Assembly (NCBI RefSeq): GCF_008831285.2
Contig: NC_045138.2
Coordinates: 22,258,001-22,322,000, forward strand
DNA: 64,000 nucleotides
DNA from: Nymphaea colorata
Lineage: Eukaryota
Direction of reading: 5' to 3'
Numbering within the stretch: the stretch's first letter is position 1; the number at the start of each line of letters is the position of its first letter. The notes beneath the pieces are model-generated. The model was not told where the DNA came from, made no database searches, and saw only the letters and a program-made list of their open reading frames with translations. This document shows positions 40,939 through 55,350 of this stretch, piece after piece. Made by a program: the position numbers and the translations under genes.

Positions 40939-41259
40939 CTAAGTCACATGGGTGCGCCAAATGTGGTGGCACACCAGCACCCATACCCACATTGATGCGG
41001 GTGCTGGTGCGGCCGGACACAACGTCAAGTGAGTTTAGCCATTCTGAAAAATGTCTTGGCCGAGATTTCGTTGATATATCGATTCAAGGTAACCTTGATA
41101 AAAAAAAGTACAAAAATATAAACAAATAAAATTATTTATATAACAAATAACATATATATGTATATAATATATGTATATGCTCTCACCGCACCCGCACCAA
41201 TTTGTTTTGGGACTTGCCGCATCCCACACTAGCACCTGCATCCCGCACCCATGTGACAG
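40939..41259. mobile_element. hAT-type MITE (same family)
   Basis: Ends ctaagtcacatggg and cccatgtgacag, TSD cttttaag/ctttcaag, and gcaccc subterminal repeats. Confidence 0.8.
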
Positions 41260-41934
41260 CTTTCAAGTTTAGGCTTCTCCTCATATTGTCAGCATTATGG
41301 TATGTAGTATAGTGGCATCTTATCACTCTCTAGAAAGAGTTATGAAATATCTTTTGATTACATTATCTAATGATCCCATAACTCATGTCGTCTTAGCAAC
41401 CACCTTCATAAAGTCGTCTTCTAAGCCACAGACTTGCACATTCAGTAATGAGGCAAAACAGCAACATCTTCTAGTACAAAGATGAAAAGGTTGGTTCCCT
41501 AGAAAACTTAGTATGCATGTTGTATCAACGATGAGTTTATGCATAGCTAGATTCTCCAGTTAAAAGTTTAGCTGTATGGGGCATCTGGGCACTGGCAAAG
41601 CTACCAACAGTATCGATTATTGTGAATATGCAAGAGAAGCAGACAAACCCAACTACAAGGGGATGAACTGGAGCACTGCAAGTAAATCAACTTTGCACTA
41701 GCCACTTTCCTTGAATCCAGGATTACTTCTTCACTTTGTGAAGACGAAATGCGTTTGAACAACCAAATGGGCATTTCACAAGAATTGAGAAAGTTGAATG
41801 GCGATTAACCTTTGAGAACCTTTCCTCACACTCTTGACTCAGATGTGGTATTGCAAATACAAATGCTAAACGTACAGTTATTTATAAGTAATATACATGG
41901 TAAGAGTCTGCTCAACCTCAAATTAACTATTGAA

Positions 41935-42361
41935 ATGTCACACGGACACAGAAAAATGGGCCACGTACCGGTGTAGACACTCCGACACCTAGATGCCCAC
42001 ACGTGACACAGCAAGATACGTTTTGAATCGGGTTTGGGTCAGACCCGATCCAAACCACTTTACTAACCCGACATTCTTTGTTTTGTTTGAGACTTTCTTT
42101 CTTATGACTTGTGAAATTGACGATGAACAATGTTTTGTGACTTATGAAATTGGTGATGAACAATGTTTTGTTTGAGAATCTGAGACTTTATTTCTTATGA
42201 CTTAGAGATTGTAAGAGTGAATTATTAATTTAATGTTTTTTTTATTATCCTTTTTTATTTTTTAGAATATAAAATTCACTGTGTCCGCATATCCTAAAAT
42301 TTTGAAAATTGCCGTGTCCGCGTACCTGTACCCTTATCGTACCCGTACCCGTGTGACATAG
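41935..42361. mobile_element. hAT-type MITE (same family), about 400 bp past the DUF547 stop codon
   Basis: Ends atgtcacacgg and ccgtgtgacatag, flanked by attgaaa on both sides. Confidence 0.8.
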
Positions 42362-42759
42362 ATTGAAAGAATAAATGCTTAACACAAAATGCCCAAAAGA
42401 TAAACAGATAATATTCACATAAGAAGTTTCAAATAAAAAAACATGGCTAATCAATATAATGTACATAAAATACATATTCACATGACCCATGAAAAGAAAA
42501 AATTGAATTGGATAGGCCAAAAACACTTCAGTCAAGTAACCGTGCAGGAGGAGGCAGAGCATTTCCGTCATCAACCCCACAAACATCAACGAACTCCCAG
42601 ATGGATCACGCTCAAGACAAAGACGATTGGCAGTTGCCGCTCCTTACAAATGCCTGCCCTGTTGGGCATTGTCTGTTGCTCAGATGAAGGTGGTAGCAGA
42701 TCAAGCACATCATGTTTCTTAAAATGTTATACAAGAACGACGCCATCAAAACCTCCACC

Positions 42760-45700
42760 TCATAGCTTAGCAAGTTCTCTATGAATTATATAGTGAAATA
42801 CAGAATTATATGGCAAAAACTGTACGACATTTTTAGGAGGCTTGCCATCAGTACACTTTTGTAGTGCTTTCCGTTGTGCTCCAGATAGACAGTCATGGAT
42901 AACATTCATAAGGCCTGACAAATTCAAAGCAGCATCCCTGGCATAATAATCAATAATTTTTGGCAGAATGATTCTTGTTTCCTTGCGCATGAATATATTT
43001 GATTGAATGTACTCTTCTTTTGCAGTCTCAAGCTCTTTAGATATCCTTTTGGGTGTGTAGATACGCACCTACATCCCAGTAAGAGAGTCATTTTAATGCA
43101 GAATACGGGAAATAGCAAATTAGTAAAAGGACAAAAGTTCTCATTCAGAAACGAAGGGTACAGCCAATGCATCAAGAAAGTTAGATTATGATCATACCGC
43201 AGGATCAGAATGTCCACCCAAACTAAGTGCAAAATGCAGTAGTGGCTCTGGGTGCTCAATGGCATATGCATGTTGATCATTGCCAGACCTAGATTTTGAT
43301 CCTGGAGACAGTAGGGTTTGCAACCACTGCATATTCAAAAGAAAAATGCATCAGAAAGAAGAGAAAACTAGTGATTACTTTATGACCAAAGCACTAACCC
43401 AAGTAGAAGCCCTGACAGTTATATAACTTGGTAACTTGGCAATAGATTGATTGAAATTGCAAAAATCCAAGCAGAAGTATCTGCCTTACATAGACAGATG
43501 GAAGAAATCGCAAAAATCCAAGCTTTCGGAGAAGAACAAACTGTGCCTGGTCATTTGGGCATGTTTCTTTTCGTTACATAGGCTAAGCTCAGGATTGCTT
43601 GAGAAATAATTAAGATCTTCTCAGTGCTCTAATACAATCATGATTACTAAACATACTTCTAAAGGTATTAATTCGTGGATAATATATTACTGTTTATGTA
43701 ACTGTCGTATACATTCTAGTTAATCGAAGAGTAATCAAACATACATGGTACTTGAAGTTGGAAATGCATACAGAAACCACGGACATTGTAGAATCATCAA
43801 ACTTAAGGATGATCACTAGGCTTTGGTTGATTCAAGTATGCCCCAGCCAGTATATCAAGTCAAATTTTCTCATGCTATTATATTCTTGAACCAATATTTC
43901 TCAAAAGTGAAAAATGAGGTTTGAACAATTTTTTTTCAGAAGGAAAAAATGAAACTGTGAACTGAAAGGTTGTGCTATTGAGAAAAAAATATATTGTCAA
44001 AAGAAAAAGATATAACAACTCCCAAGGCCATTTTTCCACCATTATGTTCAAACCTGAATTCTACTTTTTTAAAGAGAATTGTGAAAATGTTTGTTCATGA
44101 ATCAAACACCACATGGTGAAAAACGCTAAGCAGAACATTGCAGCAACAATTGGCATGACCCTTGTTCAGGTCAACACACTTCACTTCAGTTGGAGGAGCA
44201 GAAGATGCTAAAGACATAAATTAAATGTATATAAGCATACCGATGCTGAAGTTTGGCGAATGCATCCCAAAATGGAAGTTTGTATTAAACAAGCATTTAT
44301 GCTTTGTCCTCCAACATTATATGCTGCCTGAAAAAAGCATGTCAAAAAGAGAGGAAACTAATCCATAGATACGTAAATTGACAGATTGCATGCACAATTA
44401 CCTTTACAATCAAAGGTTCCCTCTTTGAATGGTTTGTTGGAATTCCATACGCTAAATATGCCTATTTAGAACAAAAGAATGAAGAAAAAGGTTAGCAAGT
44501 GTAATACAAATAAAAAATAAAGAAAAAGATTGGCTAGCACAGTATGCTTCTTCCTGAACCAAAAAAAGACCTTGACAGTAAGCAAAAGCTAATGAATCAG
44601 TACAATCTCTCAAGACATACATGCATCACCAAAGCATTATGTATATTTATCCAAAACGCAAGTTTCTCTTCATGTTTCATCTTTCTTGGGTCAACCTTTT
44701 CGAGACGCTGCACAAGAGATCTGCAAATAAGGAGTGGTGTGTTATCACTTAGAAATTATGGCAATACTTACTGTAGACATAAAAGGCTATGCAACAAGGA
44801 CTGAATGCCAAACTTAAGGTATGATGAACTATTTCATCATTAACATCTCAGCAACAAAAAAAGAGCCTAAAAAGAGACCATGAAATTACTTTTTCATCAA
44901 AATGTAAATAGCCTTTTTAGGACGATGAGAACCACGTTGTTCACCTGCCAATGCTTAGGTTGCAAACTGATTGGATGCAGGGTAGCTAATAAACTAGAGA
45001 CTCAATGGCGTCTGGTCCAGTATAATAAAAAATGACAAGAAGCCTCAAACTAGATCTGACCCACTTTCAACCTTAGATATGCATCTCTAGTGTCTACGAT
45101 TCCCGGTTACAGTTGTTCATCAACGTAATACTCCCAAGTACACGTCTCATGGAGACCAAGAAGTCTCATGATTTGGTCCTGCGGCAAGCAAGCATAACCT
45201 CTGTATTGAACTGAAAACCTCTTCAAACTTGGAGGTTTTAAGATGATCCATCTAGATAAGAGTGTGAAGCTTCTGTGGTCCTAGAACTCAATACAAGCTT
45301 TGGATTATTTGATAAATATGTCTGATGCTGTGGGGTTTATCAGAACATCATTAGGAAGCTGGTCAATCACAAGGTGGAAGCATCACTTTTGGTAATTCTC
45401 CTAAACCTCAATATTATACAATTTGATAATACTTGCCGTACTACATGTCATAATTATCCTAATCTACATTGTAACGCATTAAAAAACAAACAGTTCATTT
45501 CAAACCTCAAACTGTCTCATCCTTGCTTCCAAGTTCCATGAAAGAAATGATGACAGTAATAAGTTTTCAAACCTCTAAGAAGAATAACCATAGTATGAGG
45601 GAATACACTACCTAAATTTTTGCAGTATCTGTGCTGCATAGCTTAACCTGTCACTATCTACATGTATCCATGGCACTACCACCATTGCACTATACGGTCC

Positions 45701-48700
45701 ATTATTTTCTCCCAACTCACTGGTACGATAAGGATTAGTGGCAGCTTCAGCATTGCACCTAGGACTCCAATTATCATGCTGATCCTGTGGAGAGAATGTG
45801 CTTCCAGAGGACAATGATGATGTTGGTGAAGATGTCAATCCTGCTTGTGGTAAATGGGGATTCGCAAGTTTGCAGTAGATTGCAGACATGCATCTGAGTA
45901 TATCTTCAGAGAGCCTGTTAGGAGTCTCAGTCACATGATCGGCAATGGATGTCCCAAGATGATCAGCCAGAGAAGTGGTGCGCGAAGAATTTTTCATATT
46001 CTGAGACAACATAATATCATGGAGAAAATATTTTTCAGTGGCCATTTGGGAGAACAGTATAGAATCTTTAGATACTCTATCCACCATCATTAAAAACCAG
46101 ATGCATTTGTGAGCTGAAGGCTCAAGCAAAGTTCTAAATGCCATGCAAACAAAAGGATGGGCTGACATAGCAACATTTCAGTGATCGGCATAACAATTAA
46201 GTATTGTGTTCAAAACGTGAGAGATCAGGCATTGCATTGAGAGTAAAATAGAGAAAATTAAGGCCCACTGCCAGGACAAGGAAGACATTTTAAATGATAA
46301 GATAAGGCTAGAATAGTCCTGAGAAGCATAAGAGCCCTGTGCTATGGAGGAGAACTCAGGCATATATTTAGTAGAAACTACTAGAAAGGACAAGAGGAAC
46401 AGTCAGATCAGGACTAAGTGTTCTGAAAATGAACCTATCAGAAAATGAACATGTATCCTATTCATTTTGTCACCAGAAAATCATTTCCTCGTCACTGCAC
46501 ACAAATTCTGCCCATACCTGTTGACTCTGTTTACCTATTTCAAGAGAGTGTAGGATACCGCAATCTTTGTCATCAACAAGCAATAATCTCAACTTGCATA
46601 AATATTTTGATGATTATAACAATAGTGTGTAAAAATTTCAGATCTATTATATCTGTAATCCACTTATTTAAACTTTGAAGTAGGTTTTGAAGCATAGAAA
46701 ACCATGAAAGACTAATCACCTTTGCCAATGATCTGGGCCTCGAATGACAACCATCCAAGTGCTCATAGTCTTGCCTTGATGGTGAATTCCACTTATCATG
46801 ATCAGAAACAGACCGTGAAAGAGAAACTTTGTTCTGCTGTATCATGGAATCTATCTGCCTTGGACTTCCAATACTATGACAACTATTTGTTGAACTGTGG
46901 GAATAATTGGGAACAGACATTGTACTGGATGGGACATGAAAATCATCCTGCCGTTCTATGACCTCATTATCTTGATGTACAGACTTTTCGTGACAAGTCA
47001 AAGGCAAAGTGGAACATTGGTTCATGTCAGCTGAAGAAAAATTATTTGAACAACGATCAAAGGCCATTCGATACAAAGAAAGTACATAGCGCTCCAAATG
47101 AAGAACTTCAACCTCCAGCACAGCAATCTCCTTGATGAGTTCAGTAGCTGCCTGCATTCCACGCAGCAAATATTAGACTGTCCATCCAGACAAGAATCCA
47201 AGTAAATTTATAATTTAAATACATATTCACAAAGAAGGGAATCTCATGTATCGACATGAATTAGACAATGCTTCATGAAAGGGTTACTGAAAATAAAGCA
47301 AAGCCTGTTCAGTAGTTCTGACTTCTGAGTTCTTCCTTCCATGCTTTGCCAAGTACGAACTTCATCTTTCTTTAAACTTGACAGTCATCTTTGTTTAAAA
47401 ATTGAGAGAAAATTTCTCCAGCCTTCTTCAGAGTAGGCAAATACTAAACCTTCCTGAAGCAGCCTCACGTTACAGCTTAATGGCAGAGGCACATTAGTTA
47501 CATTACACTGGGTCAAGATGGGTTGTCCACCCATGATCCAGTCCATCTCGCTTGAACTTCTTTTTATAAAGAAAGTTTTCTCTCTTTTTGTTATCATATC
47601 ATTCTACCTTTCTTGTCCAAAGTCTCAACTCCTCAATTGTCTTGGAGATTTCAGCATAGTTATATTATAGTTTTTAAATTTAAAGACATTTTAATTAAAT
47701 ATTGGATTGCATATGTTACTCGTCATTAAATGCCCACTATCATAAATCTAATTCTAATTAACTTATTGAATATGTTGTTATAAATAAAATTAACTGTTTA
47801 TTTTCACTAAACATGTAACCTTGTTTTATTATTCAATTTATTAATATTTATTTATACTCTTTTTATCATGTATTTGTGCCCCTGCTAGTTCAAATTCCTA
47901 CTACTGATTCTGACAGTTACCCCGAGAAAATAATTATCTGTTTCAGCACAGTTCAGCTCTGGTGCGGGCACCTTGATTTATTATGTAGTTTCAATTAAGC
48001 ATCTAAACTTGAAGTATCAAACTCCAACAGGTAAAAGGCAACCTTTGGTAATGGAGAAACATCTTTATCAGGCAAGGATGTACTTCTATAGCCAAGTGCA
48101 TTTTCCAGGGCCCAACGCAAGTAAAATTGGTCATGCAGTCGTTTCTCAAGCATTAAAATCTGAAACAGAAAAAGAGAAAAATGATAACATAGAATGAAGT
48201 TACTGTAAAGGACAACAAAAACTTCTTTCAATTTCATACTTGCTACCAACGTCATCAGAATTCAAAATAACAGATATCATTCTTGGAACAGGTATTTCTA
48301 ACTTGTAATGACTATGGTGCACCAACCAGTACATACTCTTTAAGATAACAAAAAAAACACCTGATTCAACATTCCAGATCAGAACCACCATAAGACAACT
48401 CATGGGTGGATATGGGCAAAGGACTTGGTTTCTGGTAATCATTTTTCTGGTTTGATATGAGCCTTCAACTTTTTATTTGATTGGAAAACACATCTGAGTA
48501 TGAAAAGTGTTTGTTTTAGCCATTACCACAAACATCATTCTCAAGTTTTTATTTGCAAGATTTTTCTCAGGTATTAAACAGGAAGCTTATTTTTCTCCAC
48601 AAAATCTCAGGAATCAAAAAATTTAAAAATACAAAAGTATTAGAAAATTTTGTGAAAAATTGAGTTTTCTACTAATTCTCTTACAAAAAAACACTGAAGA

Positions 48701-51700
48701 AAAATCCAAATAGTTACGAAAATATTAAAAGAAGCAAAAAAGAATGTAAAATATATTTAAAAGAACCTTTGTCTGAAAAAACAGGGGCAAAATAGTGCAA
48801 TAAATTCCCAATATTTTGATTTTGGCATTTTTTTTCGAAATATCATTTTTTCCCCTTTTTCATTTTCCCATTTTATTCATATTTTGGGAAAAAAATTCAG
48901 CAATATTGGTGACAATTTTTAACATATCTTCTGTATTAAGGCAATTGAAACATTACTTATAAGGTTGGATTAAATTAATAAAAATATGTTAAATTATGAA
49001 ATAAAAAGTGCTTGAAATACACTAGTCTGTATGTGTGCATGAAAGAAACATGCATTATACTTATGATTCTTACAAAAGTAGAAGCAACATATTTACAAGG
49101 TTAGATTAATTACAAGACATGCTAAATTATGAAAAAGAAGGTGTATGTATTATACTAGTTTGAATGTGTGTGTGTGAAAGAGACATGTATTATATTCATG
49201 ATCCGTAGAAAAGTAGAAGCAAGGATCGCTAGCAGATGCCATATATGAAAGTTACTAGTGATACAAATTCCAAATAAATGCATATTTACTGTGTGCAGCC
49301 ACAAGATTGTCTATTCTAGCTACTTCAATGTTAATAATTCAGGTCAGTGTCAATAAATGTGGACTTATTCTAGGCAGCTGCAACATTGACTAGTCTAAGT
49401 ACTTCTATGTTAATAATTCAGGTCATGTGAACAAAAGCTCAGCAGAATAAACATTTAATGGATCCTAAAAATCCAGGATTCTTTACATGGAAGACTAGAT
49501 ATGATATTAATTCATCAGGACCTTTATACACATGCTCTTATCAAACCAACAATAAGAAAATTTGTCGACAAGTTGTTGATGGGTGGTGTGCTCTGGTGGT
49601 GAGGTTTCAGTGTGTGTACCCTATTCGTGTATTTCCCTCCTTAAAATTTATCCAAGGAATTTTTATTTTTAATGACACATTTGAGGCTGATATTACTTTC
49701 TGTGTATAAGAGATAGAGGTCCATGCAACACTTCTAATTTCAAAATTAGTGCAAGTATCCAAAGAAGTTCAGTCCCAAAAGGAAATCACAAGAATAAAAA
49801 AATATAAAAATAACAAAAATTATGAAATGAAGAGTCATGTACTACTTTTTGTATAGACACATTAACAAAGCTTTGAAAATATTTTGTAAAACCTTGAAAT
49901 AAAAAATAATGGAAGTGTACACTAAAACTACATTTAAAAACAGATTTGTGTTATGAAGGAAGGGGAAATTATTGCAATAATATATGACAATATCGAGATA
50001 TTAACACAACTATTACTTTTTAGTGATATTTGGAAAATATTGAGAGATTTTCTTTTGAAAAATGGCTTATAATTTACATTGTTTTCGTGATAAAAAGACG
50101 ATACCTCTTATGGTATATAGCTAAGTGGAAAACAGAGAAAACAAGAATTTGATCTGTTTCAATTTTTTGTTTGCCTTCATCCTGAATTGCAGGCATAAAA
50201 TAAATATCGACTCAAAGCATGCAATCAACCTGTCTATTAATTTGTACTGCTCAATTCTTATGTTGATGGTTAAGATTTATGTAGGTTTATATACAAAGTG
50301 GCTATATCAAACCATATTATGATAAGGATATAGTATCATACTGAGAAATTCACAAGATTAAAGAAGCGTAAATTTTGGATTTTTCACAAAAATCATTTCT
50401 GGCTTTTTTTGGTTTAATTATATCCTTATCTTGCCAGCTGCCTAAGCACAGTTTGACTTTCAAAAGTAAATAATAAACAAAATTGGCATAGTGCACATGT
50501 TTGGATAATAGCTGCCGTTTATTTATCAACTAGGTAGACTGTCCATCAAAGGCCCTCTATCAGCTAATATTATATTGCGCTGACTCTGGTGTGAAATTTT
50601 AACGGGAAAAATTGGGCCTGATTGAACAAGAGGAGTTAAAACACTGCAGTTGGATATTAGAATTGTGATCAGGCACTTAGTTGTTAAAGTGTGAACTAGT
50701 CCACGCCTAGACATCGCCCAGGCATGAGTCCACACCCATCGCCTAAGTCCATCACACTTAGGCAACAGGCGTTAGACTGATGCCTAGGTGCGCCTAGGCT
50801 GGACTAGGCACTAGCACGCCTAGGCTGGACTAGGCACTAGCACGCCTAGTCCATGGGAAGGTAAAAAGTCACCTTCCCTTCAAATTAAGTCATGTAATTT
50901 TATTACACACTGTTACCATATACACTTATATTCTATGTGACACGGGTACGCCATTTTTTCCAAGATACTTGTGTCGATACGTGGGTACGGCGACACGGGT
51001 ATGTGGGTACCGCTGGGTACGGCTGCATTTTAAAACATTTAAAATTATATTTTCAAACTTAATTTTTTCTCTAATTTTGATTTTTCCCTTCTTTTATATT
51101 TCCATTTCACTAAGATTCCATATTTTCCTCCCACTTTTCTTTAATTTTGAGAATTTTTGTGGATTATAAGACTATTAATGCTTTTTTTTTTCATTTTATC
51201 ATTTTTGAGAATATAAAATTTGCGGTACCCGCGTATCCACATTTTTCAAAATTACTGTGTCCGAACCCGTACTTCCATACCCGAACCTGTACCGCACCGG
51301 CACCCATGTGATATAGCTTATATTATATGCATTATATTATAATTTCTGTTCTTTAAGTACAGTTTGCTGTACGTTAATTACATATTTTATATCAACTCAT
51401 CAAGTGGAATTTCCAGCCATATGCTAAGTACATATTCTATAAAATAAATGAGTTTCTGTATATATCTTATGTGCTCTAAAACATATTTCGTAGAACCTAT
51501 GCCAGCCTTCTCACCCATGTTAAAACCTAGTTTTATGCTAAAAAGACAATCAGAGAAATACGTGCAGACCTTACTTTTTCAACCTGAATACAGATTATTT
51601 CTCATTTGTGAGGGTGTTTTGTGTGTTATATGTATATTATATGTTATATGTACAATTTGTTGTAAACTGGTATGTATATTATATGTACTGATTTGATATG

Positions 51701-53425
51701 ATTTTTGTTTGAAATGATTCAAATGAAATAGTCTATAAGGTCTATAACTGAAATAGTCTATGAGAAATGCAAGCATTGTCCAGTATGTAAACAAGAATGA
51801 CATGTTTTCTTTTGTGTATCAAACTAAGGCATCAGCTAGAACAGAACAGCACAGTTTTCCAGTATGTAAACAAGCTGGAAATGTACTGTTAAGCTGCCAT
51901 GTAAACAAAGAACAGAATAGTTTTTCATATTTTACTTTTTGGCTTTACTTACAAAGTATAATCAGTCAATTAGAACTGAACAGAACAGCTTTTCAAGTTT
52001 TACTTGGAATAGAAGCTTACAGTTCAGTCAGTGAGTACATAGTTTTATTATCTAATGGTTAACAACTTAACATAACTAAAAAAACCAAAAAAAGAAAAAG
52101 TCGCCCTTTTTGCCTAGGAGCACCTAGTCCGCGCCTAGGGGCAGGCGCTGCCTGGGTGCCTTGACAACTAAGATCAGGCGTCATGGTCTGTTATGAAAAT
52201 TCCATTTCATGCAACATCTGTTGCATTCATACATGCCAAGAAGTGGAGGGTGGTATTCCAGGCAGCGCCTACCGCCTTGACAAGTAAGATCAGGCTCATG
52301 CTCTGTTATGAAGATTTCATTTTCCTAAAGCATCTGTTCCATTCATACATACATGCCAAGAAGTGGAGGGTGGTTGGCATTGTCCCCTGATAATCAGAGG
52401 ATGCATGCGTAGATTGGCATTGTGAAAGCAAAATAATCATTTTGCAATATCATAATGTAATTTCTTCCATGACACAACTATGTCAAAGAATATCGTACTA
52501 TCACTGTGAAAAACAACATGAACCGTCTCATATATAATTGACCTTGTAAGAAGAAAAATAGATGTCATCCCGTTCAGCGAATTCAAAACCCTTGTATGCT
52601 GAAGCTAGATAAATAGCGAACAAAAGAAACAATGAAGCACAGAAATCACCTCTTGATTTAGTGAATTTCGCTCATTGTTGAGGGATTCTTTTCCCTTGCT
52701 GCCCATGCTATCTTTGTCAAGTTGCCACCTCTGTAAATTAATTGGTTTAGTAAACAGCATTGACAGAAGAAGAAGTGAAGAACTCAGGTACAAGTTACAA
52801 CAATGATCTCTGCCGGGGAAAAAAAGGAAGAAAAAAAAAAAAATCAACCCGCAGAAGGAACAAATCAATCGCATTCCTGGAACAAAAGAAGGTGAAAGTA
52901 AAGAGCATTAAGAAATCTACCCCGATGGTCCCGGTACTACCGAATTTGCACCATCACTTCCAGAAAGCGTCAAATAACAGAATCAACAAACGGAAACATG
53001 GAAAATTACAATAACCAACACGAGATTGAACGTGGGATCAATTCCCAATGTTGCGCTAACGCATCTTCCAGGAGCCGATACGTCCATGAGGAAGGGAAAA
53101 AATTAAAAAGGAAAAAAAAAATATAAAGAAAACTTCGCCCTCCTCCAATCCGAATAAACACATTGATCAAAATCTAGAAGCAGAAACAGAAAGAAGGGAG
53201 AGATGATCATCTTACTTTCATCAGTCGCGGAGATCCCCGCCGCAAATAACTACCGGGAGCACTAAACGTGACACAAACAGCAAAATTGTCAAATACCCAT
53301 AAACCAGAAATGGAACAGGAAGGCGCAAAAGCGATTGGAAATCTCAAAGGCCGAAGAATGACACACTACCTCGTGCAACGCCTGTGCCGAGGCGGCGAGG
53401 CGTCCCTCGTGGAGGACTCCGGCAT
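42760..53425 (-). CDS. DUF547 protein with N-terminal MIP1-type leucine zipper (ternary complex factor MIP1-like), 11 exons, about 601 aa
   Basis: Exons 53425-53370 (MPESSTRDASPPRHRRCTS, like the RHKRSKS motif), 53261-53216, 52730-52650, 48159-48043, 47151-46720, 46000-45612, 44720-44621, 44461-44402, 44327-44241, 43326-43198 and 43068-42760. Introns are GT..AG with consistent phases. Motifs: 'SLNQEILMLEKRL..Q...R.ALENAL', 'ELIKEIAVLEVEVLHLERYVLSLYR', 'PNRLSEDILRCMSAIYCKL', 'EKLAFWINIHNALVMHAYL', 'PEPLLHFAL' and 'SDPAVRIYT'. The first exons and the 46000 acceptor are less certain. Confidence 0.88.
47484..47884. mobile_element. MITE in a DUF547 intron
   Basis: Ends cagaggcaca and tgtgcccctg, with an AT-rich interior. 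Confidence 0.5.
48945..49222 (+). repeat. Diverged tandem duplication, about 137 bp, intronic
   Basis: taaattatgaaa, actagt, tgaaaga.acatg and aaaagtagaagcaa each occur twice in the same order. Confidence 0.75.
50676..52172. mobile_element. hAT-type non-autonomous element in a DUF547 intron, hosting a nested MITE
   Basis: TIRs cttagttgttaa and ttgacaactaag, an 8-bp TSD atcaggca/atcaggcg, and cgcctagg subterminal repeats at both ends. Confidence 0.8.
50933..51316. mobile_element. hAT-type MITE (ctatgt(c/g)acacggg family), nested
   Basis: TIRs ctatgtgacacggg and cccatgtgatatag, with a perfect 8-bp TSD cttatatt on both sides. Confidence 0.9.
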
Positions 53426-55350
53426 TTGTGCTTGCTTCAAATACCGAATGCTTTGCTATAATGGCAGTGTCTGAGGCTCAAGCAAGCAAAGTGAGGAGTC
53501 GGTGAAGAAATTGGAGCAGGTGGAGGGAGAGAGAGAGAGAGCGAAGTGGTGCAGCAACTGCACAAAATCAAAAAGAGGGTACACTGGTGCAAAATGTGGC
53601 GGGGGCCATTGTCTCCGTTTCCAGACTGAATGGGGCACGTCCTTGTCTGGAAATTACCGCCCCGCCTTCCTTTCCGTTCTCGTCCTGGTTTCCTTCCCTG
53701 TTTATCTGAACAACTGGCCATTAATCAATGCCAAATTTAGCTTTTACCCGCCTTTTGTTTGGTAAAGCATAAGATATGAAATCACTTGCATTTTTCCAGC
53801 GTAGCTTAGTTCAGGATGAGTAAAAATTTCTATATAATAAGACGACAACAATAATACATGAACACTCAGATGTGCCATGTAAAACATGTTTTCCTTTTCA
53901 GGAAGAAATCTATCATTTACTCTGAGAATCTTATATCTTTAGGCACCTTTTATTTGACCTTTCCCGCACACATACGAAAACCGAAGTGTTGGAGAGAAAA
54001 AAGGGAAGGAAACAAAAAAAAAATCTATTGAGACTCATGTGTCTCATCATCAATTCGTTCTGCTTCAAGTTTCCAATATTACAGCTGCCCATGTTATAAT
54101 GGAATCTGATTAATGAGTTTCACCTTAATCCCCACATTTGTTGAGATTCTGGTTTCCAATGAGATGATGTCTGTCTGCAACCAGGACACGTTCATTAAGT
54201 GCGTTTGATGACCTACCATCCGGACCAACTCTACCAACCAATAGTTTCGTAGCTTCGGACGAACCAATGCCTTTTCCTTTCTCTTGTTATTTGCAGGTAA
54301 ATCCAAGACTACCAAGGAGTATTAAAATCACAAAAAAGAACGGTTTCTGCTTCACCTAAATGGTGTCGCCGTTCTAAGAATCTTAAGTCTCCTATTAATT
54401 TGCTTGAACTTTTTCATGGTGCTGTTTTTGTAAGGCTTGGTGGTCGGCTTCACTTGAATTCAAGGAAAAGAAGATTCATCTTGGTTCCCCTAACAGAACA
54501 ATAAATTTTATTTGGATATTTGTGTTCACCTTGTTAACTTTTAAGTTATTCATTTGATAAGTTATCGCACCAAGCTTTTGCCTTCTGTCCCCACAGGGGT
54601 TGGCACAACAGTTTAGAGTAGGAACTGGTAGATGGAAATCTTCATTTTGAGAGTTAGAAGTGTTAGCTTTCTATACTGCAAAAAAAGATGGTCACTGATG
54701 CATAAGTTAAAGCGCAGTGGGCGCAACATCTTGAGGTAGCAAAAGCAAATCATATAACCCGACATGAGGTTGGGCACCGCTTGTCCGAAACTTTTTGTCT
54801 TTCAGTTTTTTCTTTTAACCAACTGAAGTTTGTCTTTACTCATTGAGCTTAGGAGATGATCAGGAACCGATCACCAGTTGGGCAGCGCTTGCCCATTCTT
54901 TTTCAGGGACGCCAGAAACTGAACATCCAATTTTCCGGCATCCCTCTCCTCTTAAGACATATCGAGCTCATTTTTCAACCCCATTTGCATAGTATTTATG
55001 GCAAGGACACGCATTCATTATGCAGCTCTGACTGCATTTAGTCTGGACACGATAAATATGTGAAGCACTTTTTCTGAAGACCACGGATCAACTGTTGGCA
55101 GACCACCAATTTGGGTCATGATTCCAAGTGACCTGAGTTCAGGCAAAAGTTACTGTGATTTCAGGCTGTTCCCATTTTCAAATCGGGTTCAGATCCCACT
55201 CTTCTTATGCTTTTAGTGGTTCTGAGAGTGACGCACTTGCACCATTCATCCATTAAAAAGGGCATTTGAGCATCATTTTTTGTCAGTCTCAATGAGGTGA
55301 TCTTGAACTCATTCTACTCTTCTTAGTCTGACTCACTTTGGTATCGCTTT

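Noticed and set aside
52760..52780. tgacagaaga as a miR156-like start
   Set aside because: Only 10 nt match, it is the antisense of a polypyrimidine tract, and there is no hairpin.
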